DNA of 64,000 nucleotides from the NCBI RefSeq assembly GCF_009914755.1, contig NC_060944.1; one strand, 5' to 3'. A model generated the notes under the pieces. The model was not told the origin of the DNA. It did not search any database and saw nothing but the letters and a program-made list of their open reading frames with translations. Below, in pieces: positions 14,700 to 42,160 of the stretch. Every line of letters begins with the position of its first letter. Position 1 is the stretch's first letter. A program made the position numbers and the translations under genes. The DNA is from the human T2T-CHM13v2.0 reference genome, Homo sapiens.

Positions 14700-16975
14700 G
14701 CTTGGACAGATTAAACACATATGTTTATCCCTGTTCACTCCCCAAATCACTGAAGTGACAGTGAGTTAACATTTTTAGGTTTACCAGTCTACAGACAAAG
14801 AGAATAAGAAAGAAATCAATAGCAGATTAAGGATATCAACAAATTTTTGGAAGATGGAAAACCATAGCTGAGCTGAGAAAACAATTCTAAATGTTTGCTG
14901 AGGGTTATACTAACAAGGGACAAACAGATTCGTACTGCAGAACACTAGAATGTCAGGACTGGGACAGAGCAGATCAGAGGTGATGTGAGAGGCAGAAGAG
15001 AGAGGGTTTGGCTGAAAGCCTTTATAGGAAGTGAAACTGCCAGGTCTTTTTCTCCATCCTACTCACTTAGACAACTACCCTTTCATCTCCCTAGCAGCCC
15101 CTGGGACAAAATTGAGGTAGAGAAGTTCCAGACACTGAGATACCAGGCACAGCTAAAGATATAATAGCAGGGAGGCTAAGGTAGGAGGATTTCAGACTGA
15201 AAACAGAGATTAGATGAATTGTCTACATGCTGAATGGTGAAGCGCACTCAGTCCTCCTGCTGAAATTTATTCCAGGAATGCTGACAGCAAGGCTTGTATT
15301 CTCCAGGCAAGATATCAGGGAATTAATTTTAATTAATTAACCCCAGAGGAAAGATCTATACATACTGATATTTGAGGTCCCCCAACAAAACACCTAGGTA
15401 CCCACTTTATCATCCTACAGATAAACTTCCTGTTAACACAGAGCTTCCAAATACTTAGTGACTCACTCTTAAATATGAAGAGACAACAAAGGGTCACCAG
15501 ATATTTAAGATAAACCTCCACCAGGAAAGACAGCATCAAATAGAGAAAAAAGAAACTCAAATGGAACAGAAACTGAAGAGAACAGAAAAATATTTTTAAA
15601 AAACAATAAGCAGTCTATGAGAGATAATAGAAAATACTGCATCCATAAAGCAAAGATAAAATGCTCTAAAAAAAATAGAGTAAGTAACAGCTCTGGGGAA
15701 TTAAAAATATAATAGAAAAATTGGCTGGGCATTATGGCTCATGCCTGTAATCCCAGCACTTTGAGAAGCCAAGGTAGAAGGATTGTTTAAAGCCAGGAGT
15801 TCAAGACCAACCAGGGCAATATTAGATAGACCTCTTCTCTGCTAAACATTCTTTTAAAAAGAGAAATTAGGCTTGGTTCAGTGGCTCACGCCTGTAATCC
15901 CAGCACTTTGGGAGGCCGAGGCGGGCGGATCACGAGGTCAGGAGATCGAGACCATCCTGGCTAACATGGTGAAACCCCATCTGTACTAAAAATACAAAAA
16001 ATTAGCCGGGCATGATGGCGAACACGTGTAGTCCCAGCTACTAGGGAGGCTGAGGCGGAAGAATGACATGAACCCAGGAGGCAGAGCTTGCAGTGAGCCG
16101 AGATCACACTACTGCACTCCAGCCTGGGCAACAGAGCGAGACTCCATCTCAAAAAAATAATAAATAAATAAATAAATAATAAAAAAAGAAAAAAAATTAG
16201 CCAGCTGTGGTGGCTCATGCATGTGGTCCCAGCTACTTAGGAGGCTGAGTCAGGAGGGCTGCTCAAGCCCAGGAGATGGAGGCTGCAGTGAGCTATGATC
16301 ATGCCACTGCACTCCAGCCTGGGCAATACAGCAAGACCTGTTCTCAAATAATAATAATAGAAAAATAAATAATTTATATAAGTCTTAATATATAAAGTTG
16401 AGGAAATCTCTCAGAAAGTAGAACAGAAATACAAATGGAAAAATAAAAGAGAAAAGATAATTAGAGGATGAATCCATAAGGTCGACCATTAGATTAACAG
16501 GAGTTCTGGAAATACAGAAGAAATGGAAGAAAATTATCAAAGAAACTGAGTTTCCAGAGTGGCAGAGCCTGCTGAGTGCCCAGCATAATGAAAGAAAACA
16601 AAACAAAGGAAAAACATTATGGCACATCATCATGAAATTTTTTAACACAAAGGATAAAGAGAAAATCAAAAATCTTGGTGATAGGAGGTGAGGAGGGGGC
16701 AGGGAAAGGGCAACAGGTTACTTATGAAAGAGCAGGTAATAGGAATAGCATTTTTGTCCATAGTAACATTAGTGGCTAGAAGACGATATAGGGAGGCTTT
16801 CAAAATTCTGAGAGAAAATACGTTTTCAATCTAGAACTCCTATACTAAGCCATATTATCAGTCAAGTATGAGGAATAAATAAGTATATTTTTAGGCATGC
16901 AAGGATCAGAAATTTACCCCTCATCCCCACATAACTTTTCTTAGGAAAGCACTGGAGGATTTGCTCTAGTAAAAC
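14700..16975 (+). mobile_element. Ancient L1M 5'/ORF1 remnant interrupted by nested Alus (15722-16355); probably resumes at ~29514-30160
   Basis: A-rich decayed ORF1-like sequence (TTCAAAATTCTGAGAGAAAA...CTAGAACTCCTATAC). Confidence 0.55.
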
Positions 16976-17321
16976 AAGAAAGACAGAAAAAAAATCCTAA
17001 AATTTGTATGGAACAAAAAGTCCAAATAGTCAAAGCAATCCTAAGCAAAAAGAACAAAGCTAGAGGCATCACACCACCTGAATTTAAAATATACTGCAAG
17101 GCTCTAATAACCAAAACAGCATGGTATTGATATAAAAACACAGACCAAGGGAACAAAAAGAGAACCCAGAAATAAATCCACGTACAGCCAATTGATTTTT
17201 GACAAAGGTACCAAGCACATACATTGGGGAAAAATGTTGTTGGGAAAACTGGATATCCATATCCAGAAGAATGAAACTAAACTCCTGTCTCTCACCATAT
17301 GCAAAAAATCAACTCAAAATG

Positions 17322-18908
<1,587 letters not shown>

Positions 18909-18910
18909 TC

Positions 18911-18928
18911 TGGTGCCCAATGTGGGTT
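18911..18928 (+). other. tRNA-Lys primer-binding site remnant; major splice donor GTAAGC at 19018
   Basis: TGGTGCCCAATGTGGG directly after the LTR, compared with consensus TGGCGCCCAACGTGGGGC (CpG decay). Confidence 0.85.
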
Positions 18929-19052
18929 CCTTTCTCTACGGTGAAGATACGCTAGAGTGTGATCATTGAAGACAAATCGACGAGAGATTCCCGAAGACTT
19001 CCATGGTCAGCCTTGTGGTAAGCTTGTGCACTCAGAGAAACCCAGGGTAAGA

Positions 19053-20611
<1,559 letters not shown>

Positions 20612-20618
<7 letters not shown>

Positions 20619-22163
20619 GTAAAAAATAGAAAAATTAAACCACAAAAAATAGAAATAAGAAAAGACACATTAAAAACATTAAATGACTTTCAAAAATTGC
20701 TAGGAGATATTAATTGGATTTGGCCAATTTTAGGCATTCCTACTTATGCCATGTCAAATTTGTTCTCTATCTTAAGAGGGGACCCGGACTTAAATAGTAA
20801 AAGAATATTGACCCCAGAGGCAGCAAAAGAAATTGAATTAGTTGAAGAAAAAATTTGGTCAGCACAAGTAAATAGAATAGATCCCTTGGTCCCACTCCAA
20901 CTTTTGATTTTTGCTACTGCACATTCTCTGACAGGCATCATTGTTCAAAATACTGATCTTGTGGAGTGGTCATTCCTTCCTCACAGTACAATTAAGACTT
21001 TTACATTGCATCAAATAGCTACATTAATTGGTCAGGCAAGGTTATGAATAATAAAATTGTGTGGAAGTGACCCAGACAAAATCATTGTTCCTTTAAACAA
21101 GGAACAGGTTAGACAAGCCTTTATCAATTCTTGTACATGGCAGACTGGTCTTGCTGATTTTGTGGGAATTATTGACAATCATTACCCAAAAACAAAAACC
21201 TTCCAGTTTTTAAAATTGACTACTTGGATTTTACCTAAAATTACCAGACATGAACCTTTAGAAAATGCTCTGACGGTGTTTACTAATGGTTCCAGCAATG
21301 AAAAAGCAGCTTACATTGGGCCAAAAGAACAAGTCATCGAAACTCAATATCACTGGGCTCAAAGAGCAGAGTTGGTTACAGTCATTACAGTGTTACAAGA
21401 TTTTAATCAGCCTATTAATATTGTATCAGATTCTGCATATGTAGTACAGGCTACAAGGGATGTTGAGACAGCCCTAATCAAATATAGTATTGATGATCAG
21501 TTAAACCAGCTGTTCAACTTATTACAACAAACTGTGAGAAAAAGAAATTTCCCATTTTGTATTACTCACATTGAAGCACACACTAATTTACCAGGGTCTT
21601 TAACTAAAGCAAATGAACAAGCTGACTTACTGGTATCATCTGCATTCATAAAAGCACAAGAACTTCATGCTTTGACTCATGTAAATGCAGCAGGATTAAA
21701 AATAAATTTGATATCTCATGGAAACAGGCAAAAAATATTGTACAACATTGCACCCAGAGTCAAGTCCTACACCTGCCCACTCAAGAGGCGGGAGTTAATC
21801 CCAGAGGTCTATGTCCTAATGCGTTATGGCAAACGGATGTCACACATGTATCTTCATTTGGAAAATTATCATTTGTCCATGTGACAGTTGATACTTATTC
21901 ACATTTCGTATGGGCAACTTGCGAGACAGGAGAAAGTACTTCCCATGTTAAAAGACATTTATTATATTGTTTTGCTCTCATGGGAGTTCTGGAAAAAATT
22001 AAAACTGACAATGGGCCAGGATACTGTAGTAAAACATTCCAAAAATTCTTAAATCAGTGGAAAATTACACATACAACAGGAATTCCCTATAATTCCCAAG
22101 GATAGGCCATAGTTGAAAGAACTAATAGAACACTCAAAACTCAATTGGTTAAACAAAAAAGAA
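20612..22163 (+). pseudogene. pol: HML-2 pol remnant (RT thumb/connection, RNase H, integrase N-terminal and core)
   Basis: [15 protein letters not shown], RNase H VFTNGSS (catalytic D>N)...AQRAEL...SDSAY, integrase TVDTYS and [10 protein letters not shown]. Contains stops and frameshifts. Confidence 0.93.
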
Positions 22164-24072
22164 CTCTCCCTTTCCCTCTCCCTCTCCCCCTCCCTCTCCA
22201 TCTCTGTCTCCATCTCCCTCTCCCCACGGTCTCCTTCTCCCTGTCTTTCCACGGTCTCCCTCTGATGCCGAGCCGAAGCTGGACTGTACTGCTGCCATCT
22301 CGGCTCACTGCAACCTCCCTGCCTGATTCTCCTGCCTCAGCCTGCTGAGTGCCTGGGATTGCAGGCACGCGCCGCCACGCCTAACTGGTTTTCGTATTTT
22401 TTTGGTGGAGACGGGGTTTCGCTGGGTTGGCCGGGCTGGTCTCCAGCTCCTAACCGCGAGTGATCTGCTAGCCTCAGCCTCCCGAGGTGCCGGGATTGCA
22501 GACGGAGTCTCGTTCACTCAGTGCTCAATGTTGCCCAGGCTGGAGTGCAGTGGCGTGATCTCGGCTAGCTACAACCTCCACCTCCCAGCCGCCTGCCTTA
22601 GCCTCCCAAAGTGCGGAGATTGCAGCCTCTGCCCGGCCGCCACCCCGTCTGGGAAGTGAGGAGCGTCTCTGCCTGGCCGTCCATCGTCTGGGATGTGAGG
22701 AGCCCCTCTGCCCGGCTGCCCAGTCTGGGAAGTGAGGAGCGCCTCTTCCCGGCCGCCATCCCATCTAGGAAGTGAGGAGCGTCTCTGCCCGGCCGCCCAT
22801 CGTCTGAGATGTGGGGAGCGTCTCTGCCCCGCTGCCCCGTCTGGGATGTGAGGAGCGCCTCTGCCCGGCCGCCACCCCATCTGGGAGGTGAGGAGCGTCT
22901 CTGCCCGGCTGCCCCGTCTGAGAAGTGAGGAGCCCCTCCGCCCGGCAGGTGCCCCATCTGAGAAGTGAGGAGCCCCTCCACCCGGCAGGCGCCCCTTCTG
23001 GGAAGTGAGGAGCGCCTCCGCCCGGCAGCCGCCCCGTCCGGGAGGGAGGTGGGGGGCCCTCCGGGAGGGAGGTGGGGGTCAGCCCCCGCCAGGCCAGCCG
23101 CCCCGTCCAGGAGGGAGGTGGGGGGGTCGGCCCCCCGCCCGGCCAGTCGCCCCATCCGGGAGGTGAGGGGTGCCTCTGCCTGGCTGCCCCAACTGGGAAG
23201 TGAGGAGCCCCTCTGCCCGGCCAGCCGCCCCATCCGGGAGGGAGGTGGGGGGGTCAGTCCCCCGCCCGGCCAGCCGCCCCGTCCGGGAGGGAGGTGGGGG
23301 GGTCAGCCCCCCGCACGGCCAGCTGCCCCGTCCGGGTGGTGAGGGGCACCTCTGCCCGGCCGCCCCTACTGGGAAGTGAGGAGCCCCTCTGCCCGGCCAG
23401 CCGCCCCGTCCGGGAGGGAGGTGAGGGGGTCAGCCCCCTGCCCGGCCAGCCGCCCCGTCCGGGAGGTGAGGGACGCCTCTGCCCGGCCGCCCCTGCTGGG
23501 AGGTGGGGAGCCCCTCTGCCTGGCCACCACCCCGTCTGAGAGGTGTGCCCAACAGCTCATTGAGAGCGGGCCGGGATGACAATGGCGGCTTTGTGCAATA
23601 GAAAGGGGGGAAGGGTGGGGAAAAGATTGAGAAATCGGATGGTTGCGGTGTCTGTGTAGAAAGAGGTAGACATGGGAGACTTTTCATTTTGTTCTGTACT
23701 AAGAAAAATTATTCTGCCTTGGGATCCTGTTGATCTGTGACCTTACCCCCAACCCTGTGCTCTCTGAAACATGTGCTGCGTCCACTCATGGTTAAATGGA
23801 TTAAGGGTGGTGCAAGATGTGCTTTGTTAAACAGATGCTTGAAGGCAGCATGCTCGTTAAGAATCATCACCACTCCCTAATCTCAAGTACCCAGGGACAC
23901 AAACACTGCGGAAGGCCGCAGGGTCCTCTGCCTAGGAGAACCAGAGACCTTTGTTCACTTGTTTATCTGCTGACCTTCCCTCCACTATTGTCCTATGACC
24001 CTGCCAAATCCCCCTCTGTGAGAAACACCCAAGAATGATCAATAAAAATTAAAAAAAAAAACAAAAAAAAAA
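22164..24072 (+). mobile_element. Full-length SVA (C/D-like): CCCTCT hexamers, Alu-like domain, VNTR (~22625-23540), SINE-R, AATAAA at 24041, A-tail
   Basis: All SVA domains present in order. Candidate TSD AAACA6GAA (22151-22163) / AAACA10GAA (24073-24089). Subfamily is tentative. Confidence 0.96.
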
Positions 24073-24089
24073 AAACAAAAAAAAAAGAA

Positions 24090-25978
24090 AAAGCTGACAC
24101 AGTTCTCTGAAAAAAGCCTAGAGAACACAAGGGTGACACAAACTCCAGAGAGTATGCTGCTTGCAGCTTTGATGATTGTATCAACAGTGGTAAGTCACCC
24201 CATGTCTGCAGGAGCAGCTGCAGCTAATTATACCTACTGGGCCTATGTGCCTTTCCCACCCTTAATTCGGGCAGTCACATGGATGGATAATCCTATTGAA
24301 GTATATGTTAATAATAGTGCATGGGTACCTGGCCCCATAGAGGATCGTTGCCCAGCCCAACTCGAGGAAGAAGGAATGATGATGAATATTTCAATTGAGT
24401 ATCGTTATACTCCTATTTGCCTAGGGAGGGCACAAGGATGCTTAATGCCTGAAACCCAAAATTGGTTGGTAGAAGTACCTACTGTCAGTACCACCAGTAG
24501 ATTTACTTATCACATGGTGAGTGGAATGTCACTCAGGCCACAGGTAAATTATTTACAGGACCCTTCTTATTAAAGATCATTATAATCTAAGTCTAAGGGG
24601 AAGCCTTGGCCCAAGGAAATTCCCAAAGGATCAAAAAGCCCAGAAGTTTTAGTTTGGGAAGAATGTGTGGCTGATAGTGCGGTGATACTACAAAACAATG
24701 AATTCAGAACTATTATAGATTGGGCATCTCGAGGTCAATTCTACCGCAGTTGCACAGGACAAACTCAATCTTGTTCCAGTGCACATGTGAGTCCGGCTGT
24801 GAACAGTGACTTCAGAGAAGGTTTAGATAAAAATAAGTACAAAAGGTTAGAATCTCCCTACCCTTGGGAATGGGCAGAAAAAGGAATCTCTGCTACAAGA
24901 CCAAAGATAATAAGTCCTGTCATTGGTCCTGAACATCTAGAATTATGGAGGCTTATGTGGCCTCGCACCACATTGGAATTTGGTCTGGAAATCAAGTTAT
25001 AGGAACAAAAGACCGTAAGCCATCTTATACTATTGACCTAAATTCCAGTCTGACAATTCCTTTGCAAAGTTGTGTAAAACCCCCTTATATGCTAATTGTA
25101 GGAAACATAGTTATTAAACCAGATTCCCAAACTATAACCTATGAAAATTGTAGATTGTTTACTAGCATTGATTCGACTTTTAATTGGCAGCACCGTATTC
25201 TACTAGTGAGAGCAAGAGAGGGCGTGTGGATTCCTGTGTCCATGGACCGACCGTGGGAGGCTTCGCCATCTGTCCATATTTTGACTGAAGTATTAAAAGG
25301 AGTTCTAAATAGATTCAAAAGATTCATTTTTACTTTGATGCAGTGATTATGGGATTAATTGCAGTCACAGCTACGGCTGCTGCGGCAGAAGTTGCATTGC
25401 ACTCTTCTGTTCAGACAGTACGCTTTGTTAACAATTGGCAAAAAAATTCTATGAGATTGTGGAATTCACAATCTGGTATTGATCAAAAATTGTCGAACCC
25501 AATTAATGATCTTAGACAAACTGTCATTTGGATGGGAGATAAGCTCATGAGCTTGGAAATCGTTTTCAGTTACACTGTGACTGGAATACATCAGATTTTT
25601 GTATTACACCCCGAGCCTATAATGAGTCTGAGCATCACTGGGACATGGTTAGACGCCATCTACAGGGAAGAGAAGATAATCTTACTTTAGACATTTCAAA
25701 ATTAAAAGAGCAAATTTTCAAAGTATCAAAAGCCCATTTACATTTCGTACCAGGAACTTAGGCAATCGCAGGAGCTGCTGATGGCTTCACAAATCTTAAC
25801 CCTGTCACTTGGGTTAAAACCCTCAGAAGTTCCACTATTGTAAATTTCATATTAATCCTTGTGTGCCTATTCTGTCTGTTGTTAGTCTACAGGTGTAACC
25901 AGCAGCTCCGAAGAGACAGCAACCATCAAGAACAGGCCATAATGAAGATGGCGGTTTTGTCAAAAGAAAAGGGGGAAG
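24090..25978 (+). pseudogene. env: HML-2 env remnant (end of signal peptide, SU, TM); rec splice sites retained (donor 24190, acceptor 25885)
   Basis: [16 protein letters not shown]...[30 protein letters not shown] (type-2 segment), cleavage site RFKR|[19 protein letters not shown]. Premature TAA at 24571 and frameshifts. Confidence 0.93.
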
Positions 25979-26963
25979 TGTGAGGAAAAGAAAAAGAGAT
26001 CAGATTGTTACTGTGTCTATCTAGGAAAAGGAAGACAAAAGAAACTCCATTTTGATCTGTACTAAGAAAAATTGTTCTGCTTTGAGATGCTGTTAATCTG
26101 TAACTCTTGTCCCAACCCTGTGCTCGCAAAAACATGTGCTGTATTGACTCAAGGTTTAAGGGAGGGCTGTGCAGGATGTGCTTTGTTAAAAATGTGTTTG
26201 CAGGCAGTATATTGGTGAAAGTCATCGCCATTCTCCATTCTCTGTTAACCAGGGACACAATGCACTGTGGAAGTCTGCAGGGACCCCTGCCCAAGAAAGC
26301 CTGGGTATTGTCCAGGTTTCCCCCGACTGAGACAGCCTGAGATATGGCCTCATGGGAAGGGAAAGAACTTACAGCCCCCCAGCCCTACACCCGTAAAGGG
26401 TCTGTGCTAAGGAGGATTAGTGAAAGAGGAAGGCCTCTATGCGGTTGAGATAAGAGCGTGGCATCTGTCTCCTGCACGTCCCTGGGATTGGATGTCTCAG
26501 CATAAAACCGACCATATATTCTATTCTGAGACAGGAGAAAACCACCTTATGGCTGGAGGTGAGACATCATGGCGGCAATACTGCTCTGTTACTCTTTACT
26601 GCACTGAGTTGTTTATGTAAGCTTAAACATAAATCTAGCGATTGTGCACATCCAGGCACAGCACCTTTTCTTAAACTTATTTATGACAGAGTCTTTGCTC
26701 ACATGTTCCTCTGCTGACCCTCTCCCCACCTTCACCCTATAGCCCCGCCACACTCCCCTCGCAGAGATAGTAAAGATAGTGATCAATAAATATGGAGGGA
26801 ACCAGAGACCAGTGCCAGTGCAGGTCCTCACTTGCTGAGTGCCGGTCCCCTGGGCCCACTTTTCTTCCTCTATACTTTGTCTCCGTGTCTTATTTCTTTT
26901 CTCAGTCGCTCGTCTCCATCTTGTGAGAAATACCCACAGGTGTGGAGGGGCAGCCTCCCTTCA
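25979..26963 (+). mobile_element. HML-2 3' LTR (LTR5B-like, 985 bp)
   Basis: TG...CA termini after the PPT; AATAAA at ~26785. Confidence 0.95.
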
Positions 26964-27502
26964 AAAATGCATTAAAGACTTAAATGTACTCCAAACTGTA
27001 GAACTACTAGAAGAAAACATGGGGAAACACTCTAGGATATGGGTCTAGGCAAAGACTTTATGACTAAGACCTCAAAAGCACAGGCTACAAAAACAAAAAT
27101 AGACAAATGGGACTATTTTAAACTAAAAAGTTTCTGCACAGCAAAGGAAACAACAGAATGAAGAAACAACCTGTTGAATGGTACAAAATATTTGCAAACC
27201 ATTCATCTAACAAGGGATTAATATCCAGAATATACATGGAACTCAAACAACTCAACAGCAAAAACAATTCCATTTTTAAAAGCGGGCAAAGGATCTGAAC
27301 AGACATTTCTCAAAAGAAGACGTACAAAGGCCATCAAGTATATGAAAAAATGCTCAATATTACTAATCATCATAGAAATGCAAATCAAGGCCAGGCTTGG
27401 TGGCTCATGCCTGTAATCCCAGCACTTTGGGAGGCCAAGATGGGCCTGAGGTCAGGAGTTCAAGACCAGCCTGGCCAACATAGTGAAACCCCGTCTCTAT
27501 TA

Positions 27503-27628
<126 letters not shown>

Positions 27629-28522
27629 TCATTGTACTCCAGCCTGGGCAACAAGAGAGAAACTCTGTCTAAAAAAAAAAGAGGGGGGGGAATCAAAACC
27701 ACTATGAGATATTGTCTCACCCCAGTTAGAATGGCTACTATGAAAAAGATTAAAAAAAAAAAAAAAAAAAAACAGTTGCTGGTCAGGATGCAGAGAAGAG
27801 GAAACTTACACACCGTTGGTGGGAATGTAAATTAGTACAGCCATTATGGAAAACAGTATGGAGATTTCTCAAAAAAACTAAAAGTAGAACTACCATGCGA
27901 GGTAGCAGTCTCACTACTGAGTATTTATCCAAAGGAAAGGACATCAGTATATCAAGGGATAGCTCCACCCATATGTTTATTGCAGCACTATTCACAATAG
28001 CAAAGATATTGAATCAACTTTGTGTCCATCAGTGGATGACTGAGAAAGAAAATGTGATATATATACATAATGGAATATTATGTGGCAGTAAAAAAGACTG
28101 AAAGCTGGGCATGTTGGCTCATGCCTGTAATCCCAGCACTTTAGGAGATCAAGGTGGGAGGACTGTTTGAGGCCAGGAGTTCGAGACCAGCCTGGGCAAC
28201 ACAGTGAGACCACGTCTCTACAAAAAATAAAATAAAAAATTAGCTGAGCATGGCAGCTTGTGCCTTTAGTCCCAGCTACTCAGGAGACAGAGTCAGGAGG
28301 ACCACTTGAGCCTAGAATTTCAAGGCTGCCGTGTGCCATGACTGCACCACTGCACTCCAGCCTGGGCAACAGAGCAACAGCCCGTTCAAAAAAAAGGTGG
28401 GGAGACAGGGCGCAGTGGCTCACGCCTGTAATCCCGGCACTTTGGGAGGCCGAGGTGGGCGGATCACGAGGTCAGGAGATCGAGACCATCTTGGCTAACA
28501 TGGTGAAACCCCGTCTCTACTA

Positions 28523-29091
<569 letters not shown>

Positions 29092-30164
29092 CTAGACACA
29101 GAAAGGCGAATATGACATATTCTCACTCATGTGGGAGCCTAAAAAAAGTTGATCTCATGAAAGTAGAGAGTAAAATGTTAGTTACCAGAGGCTAAAAGGG
29201 GTGTGGGTGTGTGAGTGGGGAGGAAGAGAGTTTGGTTAATAGGTACAAACATACAGTTAGATAGAAAGAATATGTTCTGATTTTTAATAGCAGAGTAAAG
29301 TGACTATAGTTAAACAACAGTATATTATGTATTCCAAAATAGCTAGAAGAGACAACTTGAAATGTTCTGAACACACAGAAATGATAAATGCTGAAGATGA
29401 TGGATATCCTAAATAGCCTGAATTGGTCATTATACATTCTATGTACGTAAAAAACTATCATATGTACTCCATAAATATGTACCAATATTATGTATCAATA
29501 AAAAAGAAAGACAAAGGGAATAGGTTTTAGGAAGTGGGATCAACCTAGGAAGGAAGCAGAAGGAAGTCCCAAGAGGACAGCTGTATGCAGACTTAGAGAG
29601 ACTGGAGAAAGAAGTGCTCTAGGGGTTGTTTCCAGTGAACCTGATAGAGTATCTGACATGTTTGACTATGTTGAAAATAATGTAGGCATTTTTACATTTA
29701 TGTTGGAAATTCTGGAAGAATTAGTGATAATGACAGAAAATTTGGCAAACAAAAACTGAGGCAATTGTTAATTCCAAGAAAAACCAAAAATCGTGTAAGA
29801 AAGGAAATGTAGCTGGGCACGGTGGCATGCACCTGTAACCCCAGCTGCTCAGGAGGCTGAGGTAGGAGGATCACTTGAGTTCAGGAGTTCCAGACCAGCC
29901 TGAATGAGAGAGATCCCATTGAAAGAAAAAGAGAGAAAGAGGAGAGAAAAAGAGAGAAAGAAAGAGGGGGAGAGAGAGAGAAAGAGAGAGAAAGGAAATG
30001 TGATCATAGTATGTCTAATTGATCCAGAAGTAAACCACATTAGTATAGGAGAGTCATAATAAGGTTAACATGAAATATTGATTTAATAAAATATATTGTG
30101 ATATAACAGTATTGGGAAAGATAGAAAATAAAAGGTGTAAATTATCATATTTCCTGTAAGATAC

Positions 30165-34760
<4,596 letters not shown>

Positions 34761-34886
34761 AAAAAGCACCTAGTATTTTTAAATAGAAATTTATATTTTC
34801 TGGTTACGAAGGAAATAATGGCTAAAAAAAAAATGAAACATTCCAGAAACAAAAAATGAAAGTCCTCCACAATTTTTATTATGCAT

Positions 34887-39300
<4,414 letters not shown>

Positions 39301-39306
39301 AAATAA

Positions 39307-39663
<357 letters not shown>

Positions 39664-41613
39664 TGAGCCACTGTGCCTGGCCACATTTTATAATTTTTAA
39701 GAGCTTATGTTTGGCAGGGCTTTTTCTGTGAATTTTGTGTGATCTGGGTTGGGGCTATGTCTTTCCAGAGAGATTGAGTATTTGCTCTTGTCAAATACCT
39801 CAACGTAGGACTAATTTTTTACTTTAATTTTTTGGCTTGAAGGTTCTAAAAACATGTGGTTAGTGTAAATATGATCCTCAAATCCACCTGAGGGTGGGCC
39901 TATGGTTATACATTCTTAAGGAAGCCTTTTTAAAAATTTTTTATGCAGAACAAGGCATACTTCCTCATTATTTCTCTATGATGGTGGAAAAACTAGTTCA
40001 TTTTTTGACTAAGGTCCAAGTTTTCCCTGGACTTTTGAGTTCTAATATCCTGCTTCATTTTCTATTACTGTGTGTCTGTCAGAATACCAGGTCCTTGATT
40101 TCTGAGATAAGCAATCTTCTCCACTCCCTTATCTATAGGATTAGGATCAATTTGTGTTTATCTTCCAGTTTTAGCGCCTTTTTTTTTTTTTCTTAAGATG
40201 GAGTCTCTCTCCGTCCCCCAGGCTGTAGTGCAATGGCAATGGCGTGATCTCAGCTCACTGTAACCTCTGCCTCCTGGGTTAAAGTGATTCTCCTGCCTCA
40301 GCTTCCTGAGTAGCTGGGACTACAGGTGTACTCTACCACGCCTGGCTAATTTTTGTATCTTTAGTAGAGATGGGGTTTCACCATGTTGGCCAGACTGGTC
40401 TCAAATTCCTGACCTCAGGTGATCCACCCACCTTGGCCTCCCAAAGTGCTGGGATTACAGGCATGAGCCACCGTGCCTGGCCTAGATCCCTCTTTATTTT
40501 TAGTCTCTGGAAAGAGAGAGAGAGACAAAGAGAGAGGAAGAGAGAGAGATCAATCCTAGACTTTTACTTTCTTCGGAGAGCAATATGCATTTAAAATAAT
40601 GTTTACGATATTTTAGTCCTCAATTTTAGGCATCTTGTGGCTGAGGGTTTTCAGAAAATCTAGACTGAAATATTGCTGGAAACAGAATGGCGTTAAACTA
40701 TTCCTTCTCTCAACTCCTCAGAGTCCCTTGGGATAAAATATGCAATAAACATGTGAGGGCCTCTCCAGTCATCACTGATTTATTGGAGTCTGAAAAGTAA
40801 AAACAGGATAGTGTAATGTTCCTCATTAGGATTCTGCTTAATACTTAACTATTTTGTTAATATTTGGTTTTGCTTAATTTTACCCACATCACTTTTCTCG
40901 GAAATGGACATTATGGGGGTTCTAATGGCTTCTTGAACATCAAATAGCTCTTAAAAGTAAAACCGTGACGGACAGAGGGAATTAATCAAACAGGGATTAA
41001 ATTTCCCTTGAAACACATGTGGGTTTAATACACATGAAATACATACTTCCCTTGAATTACATATGAGTTTATGAAGAGCAGGAAAGTTCTTCATAATTTA
41101 AAAAATGTGGGATAATATTTGAGATGCTTGAGAAATGCAAAATGTTGCTGAACAAATAGTCCCGACCAGGAGATGAAAACATCTCACACTGTTTCAGACA
41201 CACAGTACACACTTAAGGAATTTTGGCACAATCTCAATTTTTCAAATGTTTCAAACACCCTTAAGCTTATTTCTGTGGAAGAAACTTCTTTCCCACCTAC
41301 GTGCAATCGAATGTTCAGGGTATGCCGCAAAGAAAAGGAGGGGTTAGTACATTCTACCTGAAGGAATCTAAAAAGGCAGGACAGATGGTGCTAGAGCTGA
41401 GTCCTAAAAGAAGAGCTGTTTGCCTGGTAGACTATGATGGGCAGAGGGAGCAGCATGTGTAAAGACTCAGAGGCAGGAAAACAGGTTGGAATTTTTAGGG
41501 AACTGCAATTAATTTGCTATGCCAAACTATATTATAGGAAAGGGACACAGTGAGAGATGGGGCAGCAGGACCAGTTAGAAGTCCAACTAAAGAGGGATTC
41601 GACTTTATCCTGA

Positions 41614-41778
<165 letters not shown>

Positions 41779-42160
41779 TGAGATTACAGGCATGCATCAC
41801 CACACCCGGCTAATTTTTGAAATTTTAATAGAGACAGGATTTCACCATGTTGCCCAGGCTGGTCTCAAACTCCTGGCCTCAAGTCATCCTCCCGCCTCAG
41901 CCTCCCAAAGTGTTGGCATTACAGGTGTGAGCCACAGCACCTGGCCTCAGCACTCACTTATATAAATATGTTTTAAAATTACCTTTATCAAGGATAATCT
42001 ATATACAATAAAATGCACCAATTTCAAGTGTGTCTTGGTGACTTTTGACAAATTTATACATCTAGGTAACCAACAACAATTTATAGAATTTTTTCTTTTT
42101 CTTTTTACTTTTTCTTTGATATCTAATAATTGTACATATTTATGGGATCAATCTTTAGAA

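Noticed and set aside
21057-21884. 275-aa pol ORF as a functional or domesticated gene
   Set aside because: No ATG start, catalytic RNase H Asp replaced by Asn, frameshift in the integrase zinc finger, and RT core deleted.
22625-23540. Repeat-spacer-like pattern (also the LTR12 CCAAT repeats at 42520-42750) resembling a CRISPR array
   Set aside because: Degenerate tandem units without unique spacers, fully explained by the SVA VNTR and LTR12 U3; eukaryotic context.
22402-23687. Multiple 70-211 aa Pro/Gly/Arg-rich ORFs
   Set aside because: Translations of the SVA VNTR and Alu-like domain.
24133-25690. env or Rec as expressible proteins
   Set aside because: The start codon and upstream acceptor are deleted; there is a premature stop at 24571 and several frameshifts.
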